Source: Lama guanicoe (Eukaryota). Taken from it: DNA of 64,000 nucleotides. The DNA lies in the NCBI GenBank assembly GCA_013239625.1, contig MU053487.1, positions 3,555,058-3,619,057 on the forward strand, given 5' to 3'. How positions within the stretch are numbered: the first letter of the stretch is position 1; each line of letters begins with the position of its first letter. Made by a program: the position numbers and the translations under genes. Shown here piece by piece: positions 56,388-64,000 of this stretch. Under the pieces are notes generated by a model. It saw only the letters and a list, made by a program, of their open reading frames with translations, ran no database searches and was not told the origin of the DNA.

Positions 56388-56616
56388 CAGCTTCTCCACC
56401 TGCACCAGCTTCTCCACCTGTCCCAGCTTCTCCACCTGTAGCAGCTTCTCCACCTGCACCAGCTTCTCCACCTGCACCAGCTTCTCTACTTACAACAGCC
56501 TTTCCATCTGCACCAGCTTCTCCACCTGCACCAGCTTCTCCACCTGCACCAGCTTCTCTACTTACAACAGTCTTTCCATCTGCACCAGCTTCTCTGCCTG
56601 CACCAGACTTACACCT
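56388..56616 (+). repeat. 18-bp minisatellite (CAGCTTCTCCACCTGCAC)n with a 72-bp higher-order duplication, intron 1
   Basis: About 12 units read directly; 56451-56522 is repeated at 56523-56594 with one mismatch. Confidence 0.95.
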
Positions 56617-58534
56617 GCTCCTCAGGCTGGGACAGCTCCTTCTAGCTGATCCCTCTTCCCAGGTCAGTTTCCTCTGTCCTATCAGCATCACTCAAGCTCT
56701 AGGGATCCCCTACTCCATCCTGTGCCAAGTTCATTAACGTTGTTGTTGGGTGCATCTCTCCCTAAGTTTGGCTGGCTCCCGAAAGTTATTGGGGGCAAAC
56801 TGTGAACCCCCCTTTTCAAACTGGTTCCTCCTGACATCCTTCTTCCCATCTCTCCTCTCTGACTGTCCAACCACACCGATCCCCCCTCCTCTGGGCCAGG
56901 AGACTGAGCTCCTGGGTCTCCTGTCCTCTGAGTCACTGGCCTGTAGGTATGAGAATTCACATCAGGGCGCGGATGCAGCAGGGAGAGAATATTGACTGTT
57001 GACACCAGAAACTGGACTCCCCTGGACTGTCTCCTCTTTTTGTCTCTTCGTAAAGGAAGATTTCCTGAATGCACAGGGCACACAGCTGGTGCTCAGTCAA
57101 TCGTGGCCACAATGTCCTGACACAGGACATGACAGCCTGGCAGCCCGCAGTGCAGCCATGTACTGTCAGGGTGGAGGAGGGACGCACAGGACTTGCCTAG
57201 TTTTAGCACTAAAATTCCTGCGTCCCTAAATACCCTTCAGTTCTGGACAAACCAGGATGGTTGGTCATCCCTGGGGTGAGGAGGGAGCCGACTCCAGCCT
57301 AACCCCTCCCTGCAGCCCCTTCCTGCCCACTCCCCTCCTGGATCCTGAAGGCAGGCACACTCCAGCTCCTGAGTCACGTCGTCTGGCATTTTGGTCTCCT
57401 TGGAATCGGAGCCTCTGGAACACAACAGGCAAAGAATATTCTTTGCCATGTAAATGTATGCAAAGCGCTCTGTGGAAGTGGTTCCCGGGCTTCCTAGAAA
57501 ATCTCTGCCACCTTCCTCTGCTCTGGATGCCTCCTTCCCGCCCTGCAGTCCAGCTAACCTTGGACTGGGGCACCCACCCCGCTGGGCACTAGTCCCGCCT
57601 GTGCCCTGGCCCCTTCTGCTGCCCCTCGGTCCTGAAGGTTCAGGGAGAGGGTGTGCGTCGCCCTGAAGCAGGAGCGCACCCCTTGCAGGTGGAGCTAAGG
57701 GGACCAGGAGCAACTTCATTGCTTCCTTGAGTTACCACCACAACCTACAGACTCATTTTATTCATTGAATGATTCAATGAACCTTTAATCAGTGCCCACC
57801 GTGGACATGGCCCTAAAAATGTCTTCCTAGAATATTTTTTTTCCCCAGGTGATGAAGCCCAAATCAACAGGTGATGACGGGGAAAGGAGGAAGAGTCACC
57901 ACAAAGAGACTCTGCGGTGGCTTGCAAGAAAACCTCCTCGGTTTTGTTGAGACTGGCCATGAAGAAATGCCCTGGGCCAGAGAACCCAGCCATGCGTCCA
58001 GGTCTGCTCGCCCCTCTGTCTCTGGAAGACTTCCTGGTCCTGTGTGGGACAGGGGCTGTGTCTTGGAAGCTAGACTGTCCGTGTGAATCTGGCTCCTGGC
58101 CACTTGTGCATTCTTGGGCAAGTGAATTGATGGTTCTTCACCTCAGTTTTCCTATATGTAAAATGGGGTTAATAACAGTACTTTTTTCACAGGGCTATTC
58201 TGGGGCATGAGCATGTTAATAGTTGTACGTGTTCAGCATACAGGACATGTTCAGTGAATGCCAGTTGCTATAATCACCGTGGCTGCTGCTGTCATTATTT
58301 TCTCCTAAGAATTCTAGTTCAGAAGACCCTTCTCTGAAAACCCTTCCTCTCTGCCCACACCAGTCCTCCCTGCCTGGCAGGCCCTTCCCTTCTCTGTGTT
58401 CCTGGCCCACTGCCTTCCCATAGTGGCTTCAACACAGGGTGGAGTAATTTGCTTCCACATCTGCTTCTCCCTTTGGCTGTGTCCTGAGCTCCCAAAGCAC
58501 AGCCTGGCCCCAAAGAAGTGCCTATAAGGGCCTA

Positions 58535-58590
58535 GTGAATGAATAAATGAATGAGTGAATGAATAAATGAATGAATGAATGAATGAATAA
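58535..58590 (+). repeat. (GAAT)n simple repeat, probably an L2 3' tail
   Basis: gaatgaataaatgaatgagtgaatgaataaatgaatgaatgaatgaatgaat. Confidence 0.85.
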
Positions 58591-59130
58591 GTGCCTACTG
58601 CCCAGCCACTAAACCACGCTGCGACCGTGGACAACGTTACCACCCCATCCCCCTTCGTGGACCTCAGTGTCCTCTACCATGAGCCGCTGTCAGCCCGGCA
58701 GCATCACTTGCTCACCATGTGCCTGGGACCAAACTAATTGCTGTGTGGGTTAATTTATTTAATCCTTACAAGACTCCTAAGAAGAGGGGAGATTATTATC
58801 CCCATTTTGCAAATGCGAAATCGGATGCTTCAGTCTATCTGATGCCAGGCCTGTGAGCCTAACCATGCACCACGTTACCTCCCATCTCTGAGGGCACAGA
58901 GAGCAGGGAGGAGGGGTCAGGGCCTATCTGTGGTCGGCCCACCTGGACAGAGCACGTCTGTGATCCCTGCTCCAAAGAGCCAGCCCTTCGGCCTCCTCTG
59001 AGGCTAGTCCTCTCATTACATAGCCTGGCTGGAAAGGCTCCACCCCCCAGCCCCTTCCGCCATGTCCCCAAGTATGGCCAGATGAAAGAATGGCCCCCCT
59101 GTAGCTTTCTCTCCACTTCAGGTGAGGTAG

Positions 59131-59466
59131 AGCTGCCCTGTCCAACAGGAAAGCCACTCTGCACACGTGGCTAGTGAACACCTGGAACGTGGCTAGTGTC
59201 AGTCCAGACGTGCTGTTGTAATACCCACACCAGTTTGGAAAGCTTAACACGATAAAGAATGCCACCTATTTCGTTATTGACTTCTAAATATCAATTACAA
59301 TTTAAACTGATCACATTTTGGATATACGTACTGGGTTAAATAAAATATGTTAAAATTAATTTTACCTCTTTCTTTTTACTTTTTAAAATGGGGCTACTAG
59401 AAAATTTTAAATTGCAGATGTGACTTGCATTCATAGATTGAATTATATCTCTATTGAATGGCGCTG
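59131..59466. mobile_element. MER33/MER3-type hAT MITE
   Basis: Terminal inverted ends ctgccctgtccaa...ttgaatggcgctg; internal tagccac/gtggcta motifs; AT-rich core. Confidence 0.7.
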
Positions 59467-62400
59467 TCCTAGAGTTCCAGCAACTGGGCCCTAAACCCTT
59501 ACAGAACTCCACCTGCTTTGGGGCTGGGCCTCAGGCTAGCCTGGGGGTGGGAGAGGGGAGGGAGCAGGAAACATGCCGGCTCCAGTCACAGGTTGGGATG
59601 GTAGTGGAGAGGGGGGAAGAGGAGGGGTTGACAGCGTGTTTCAGGCCATCCCTCCCACCCAGGCAATTATCTGCACAGTCCTGGCTCTCCTGGGGTAACC
59701 GCTTGGACAAAGGCTCAGCAGGGGTGCCAGCTGGTGCTCGTGGCCTGTGCATTCAGGTCCCTGCTCCCAGATCAAAGGCACATTGGCATGTCCTTGTGCA
59801 TGCAGGGCCTCAGCTAACCAGCTCCCTGCAGGCTGCACTCCTTTGAGGCTGCACAGACATTAACCCTGTCGGTCTGGAGCCCAGTGCTCAGGAAGGGGAG
59901 CATCACGAAGGGGCTTTCCTTCTCTAGTCGCCATCCCAGCCCCCAGCAATCTGGGGAAGTCCTGCAGAATCATTCCCATCTCTCCCAGAGGTGAACACGC
60001 CCACCCAGAAGCCGGGGATGCCCTCATTTACATGCATTTGCATCTCATGTATTCCAACACTCGGGCTGAAGCCGAGGCTAATTCAGCCGACAGTAAAACT
60101 CCACCTGCTTGCTCTGCTGAAGTGATTCCCCAGGCAGGGATGAAATGGGAGTCCCTGGGACCAGGCCCCCTTCCAGAATGGGAGCTGAGGAGAAGTGGGG
60201 GTGCTTTTGACCCAGGCCCTGATTCAGCCCAAGCCTCCTGCATTTTCATTCCCCCTTCCCCACAATAAGGACTGGGGGCTGGGAAATGGATGGCCACCTT
60301 ATCATCAATCTGAACATTTGCTGAGTGTTCAGTCGTGTTTTGGTGCCAGGCCAGAGGAAATGCAAACTCCCCAGGTCATGCAGGGTCCCCTCCACTGTGC
60401 ACCTGGCACCCTCTTCCCCCAAGCCCCAGTCTTCCTCTTCACCCCTTGCCCCCACTCCATGCATAAGGGATCTATAACGGGCTGAGTTGTACTGAGCTGT
60501 CAGTCAAGGCCAGCACTGCCCTCAGGTCCTGGGTCTCCTGGGTGGGGACCTGGATATCTACTATTCAGAGGCCACAGAGCCCAGAAGAGAGAGCTGGCTC
60601 AGTCTCCCTGTGGTATTTCCGCCCCAGACCCTGTAGCGGCTACACCCACACAATACACACAACTGGACCAGAAAGGTGCCCACGTGTGGCCGGGGAAACA
60701 CCCTCCTGGCACACAGGTGCCCCCGAGACAGAAATCAGCATCCCAAGTCTCTCTAACCCAGTTCCTTCCAATTCACTTTCCTCAATACCGAGGCGGGAAA
60801 AAAGCTCTAAAGGGGAACTGTGCAAGGATGCCATGACGACCTAGGCATTTATGGGGCACCCACTGTGTGCACTGAAGGAGACAGAAATGCCCCCAGAGAA
60901 ACCTTGGAGCCCTATGCTATAGGGTCATTTAGCCTCCAGAGGGATAATCCAATCTGCTAATCCACAAAATCCATACCGCCAAAGTGTCCATGACACAGTA
61001 CAGCCAAATGTGTGACCCTTTTTTCCCTTGACACTCTTAAATTGAGGTATACCACATATGCAAGAAAATGCACCAGTTTTAGGTGCACAGTCGGATGAGT
61101 TTTACCAGAGGTACATCCCTGTGTAACTACTACCCCAATTACAATGGCTCCCTGCTGTCCCTTTCAGGTCAACGTCTCCTACTTCTATCACCAAGGATTC
61201 ATCTTGCCTTTTCTAGAACTGCTTATCCATGGAATCATACTGTATGGGCTCTTGTGTGTCAGCTGTTCTTACTCAACTCAATGCTTTTGAGATTTTAACT
61301 TGTTATTTGTTGCTGAGTCCCACCTAAGTTACTCGTGCAATACACTGTGAAGACAAGTGACCCATCTGGGGACAAGTCCTTAATTCAATCATACAACACG
61401 AGGGCTGGAAGGGACCTGAAGTCCAGTGATCTCTGGTCACGCTCAGCCCTGGCTCCGGAATCCTTAGGGAGTTGTTTTCCTCTCCTTCCCTCAGACATTT
61501 CCTGAAATTACACGTCTAATAGGCACCCAGGCCCAGCAAGGGAGTGGGGGCTTTCCCTAGGTTTCTAGTTTTGTTATCCACTCGCTGTGGCTTTATTTAA
61601 CTGGCAGTCTGCGCTGCCTGTGACCCAGCATGGTGGCAGAGTTGAGCTCCTGTGCCTTCTTCTGCCCAAGTCTGGCTGTGGTGGGCAGGCCTTTGTCACT
61701 CAGCCTCCCTGTACCCACACCCAAGCTGGGTGTTGCCTGGGTGAAGCCCTGGTGCCTGCAAGGAGCGAACCTGGGGACGGGATTCATCCCAGGCATAGGC
61801 CCGGAGGCAGGCAGCAGCGCTGGGCAGCAGAGGGCGGGTATCTTGGCTCTGAGGGGCTCTTTGGACCACTTCCCTGCTATCCGCCTGGGTCGATGAGGCC
61901 GGGGCTTTGATGGCCATGCAGGAAGTATTGATTGGGCTGGGCTGGTCCCTCCCTTAGTCTGATTTTTCCTCCCGCCTCAGGTCCTCCAGGGCACCTTCTA
62001 GCCCAGCCCAGATGGAGGGATGCTAATGTAGCCTGAGAACTGATTTGGCGCTTCAAGCCAGATTACCCTCCCTGCTTTGCTGTCCCTCTAAAACCTGCCT
62101 CTTGAGCCAGGTCCTTCCTTCACACAGGTCTTCGAGGAATCAATACCCGACAGAAAGGCGTTTACCCTTCTCCTGATGCCAGGAAGAGCCTTTCTACTGT
62201 TCAAAATCCATTCCCAGAAAGCACGGGGACTGCCTGAGCAAGGCCCGGGTGGGGCCAGGGAGACACGGGCTCTGGCTTAGTGCCGCCTGCACGCCTGGGT
62301 GACCTTGAGCCTACGGGGTGATCAGCATCTGCCCTTGGCCTCTCAGGGCTGTAAGGAGGGGAGTGAAAGCTCTTGGAGAGGATGACAGCGGGATCTCCAA

Positions 62401-63164
62401 GTGGGTGAGGGATCTTCTCGGGCCCACACAAACTCCATGAGAACAGCTTCGTCCTTCCACTCGACTAATACCCCTGTGGGGACGTGACTTTCCACTGCCT
62501 CCCTGGGAGACTTAATCAGAAGGAGAAACTGAAGAGGAGAGAAGGAGAAAGAACTCCAGCCTCAGAGCATAAACATTCTTCCACCCACAGGCCCCAAAAC
62601 ATGATCGGATCCCTTTCACCTCTCCAAATGCTGTACATTTTCCATGACTGGGCTCCAATCCCACCTCCTCCAGGCAGCCTCCCCTGATGGCTCCGGGCCA
62701 CACTGACCTCCCACTGGGGAGGCTAAGCTCCCAACTCCAACCTCGCATTTACTCTGTCCTGGAAAGACCTCCCTCTGGCCTGTGGGGTGAACCCAGGGGG
62801 CCCTGAGGGTCCTTTTCTGCCTATCTCAAGTAGTAAACAGAGCGAAGAATGCACAAGAGATTGACAAACTGTCCCATCAGGCTCTGGCTTCAACAATCAC
62901 AACGAAATTTTCTGTTGGGCTTGGGGCACACCAGATACTCTTCCAGGAAATACAGTTGGAGGTGGGAAGGCGAGGGGCATCCAAGTTCCCAAGCCTATGG
63001 CTGTGGTGAAGCAGGCCTGGCAGGGAAGGTGATACAAGTTTCAGAATCCATGAGTCAGATGGCTCCAACGCTGTGCCAGCAGTGGTGGCTGCCCCCGAAA
63101 TGCCTGGTCCTGAACTCCCTCTCCCATTTGAGGGTCCCAGGCCCCAGGAATTGACGTGGGGTCT

Positions 63165-63255
63165 CTATAAATAGCACCCATTCCATATTGATCATCTTAA
63201 AAAGATACGGTATGTTCTAGGCCCACAGAGAGAGGAGAGAAGTGTCTAAATATAG
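63165..63255. promoter_or_regulatory. Pair of consensus MEF2 sites (CTATAAATAG 63165-63174; CTAAATATAG 63246-63255), intron 1
   Basis: Exact matches to CTA(A/T)4TAG; function inferred only. Confidence 0.5.
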
Positions 63256-63369
63256 TGTCATCCCCAGGAACCGCTGCCAGCCCGAGGGGAGTGGTATGGG
63301 CCGTGCAGAAGTAAAGGAGCAGTCTGAAGGGGCTGACGACTGAGAGGGTGGGGGGTGGAACGGAGGCGG

Positions 63370-63790
63370 GGAACCTGTCCTTCCCCACCCCAGTCTCTCT
63401 GCTCCAGCCACAGCAGCCAGCCCTGCTCAGGAGCTTGGCCCTGCCTCTGGGCCTTTGCACTGGCAGTCCCCTCTATACAAGACATTCTTGCCCCAGACCT
63501 CCTCAGACTGGTTCTTTCTCCTTATTCAGGTCTCAGTTCAGCCTTCTTCTTCAAGATGCCTTCCCTGACTGGCCAGTTGAGAGTCACTCCCGTCTCTCCA
63601 TCACATCATCCTGTTTTATTTCCTTCATAGCACTTGGTCACCATCTAAAATTATCTTTGCATCTACTTGTTTCATGGCATCCAGTCTGTCTTTCCCAACA
63701 GCACATAAGCTTCATGAGTGCAGTTACTGTATTTGAATTATATAGCTCCTAGAATCTTCCATGGCATAGATTAGGGGCTGAATGTCCTAT
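63370..63790 (+). repeat. LINE-2 3' fragment
   Basis: gggcctttgcactggc.gt.ccctct, ttcaggtctcagttca, ttttatttccttcatagcactt. Confidence 0.7.
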
Positions 63791-64000
63791 CTAGGTCTCC
63801 CCCGCCACCTGAGGCTGAACTCAGCCTCAGACCTTGGCCACAGGTCAGTCTGGGCTGGCAGAGGGCAGTGGGCATCCAGTCCCAGGCTCACTCTGCAGCC
63901 TGGCCGTCCCTGGGACCACTTCCTGTGGCTTCCAGTCTCCCTCCATGGGCTGACCCCTGGCTTCACCTTCTCTTCTCTCTGTCTCCTTGGTGAATCTAGC

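Noticed and set aside
56388..56616. CRISPR-like or other spaced array
   Set aside because: Head-to-tail repeats with no unique spacers, in a eukaryotic intron
56076..56737. ORFs with PPAPAS / GGEAGA / QVEKL repeats
   Set aside because: Translations of the 18-bp minisatellite; open only because the unit lacks stops; no splice or promoter support
53215..64000. SCN5A exon 1 / main CpG-island promoter
   Set aside because: No true CpG island in this interval; exon 1 probably lies beyond the window

Overview
Mammalian genomic DNA; the L1 3'UTR type and the absence of ruminant, pig and primate SINEs suggest a camelid-like artiodactyl (inference). The window holds the 5' half of SCN5A (cardiac sodium channel Nav1.5) on the minus strand: exon 2 (ATG at 53158) through the first 37 nt of exon 16. 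Exon lengths and phases match the human gene as I recall it. It includes the U12-type AT-AC intron 3, the mutually exclusive exons 6a/6b and the TTX-resistance Cys373. Non-coding exon 1 and the main promoter were not seen and probably lie beyond the right edge. Intron 14 (about 18.2 kb) carries an antisense non-autonomous class I ERV with discordant LTRs and a composite, self-nested L1. The rest is MIR/L2/MER/MLT relics, a few minisatellites and one 44-N gap with a false duplication. I found no convincing wholly new biological system. The best leads are regulatory: an out-of-frame uATG at -8 opening a 98-codon overlapping ORF, an E-box minisatellite and three perfect MEF2 sites in intron 1, splicing elements around exons 6a/6b, and an anti-PBS hairpin in the ERV 5' LTR.
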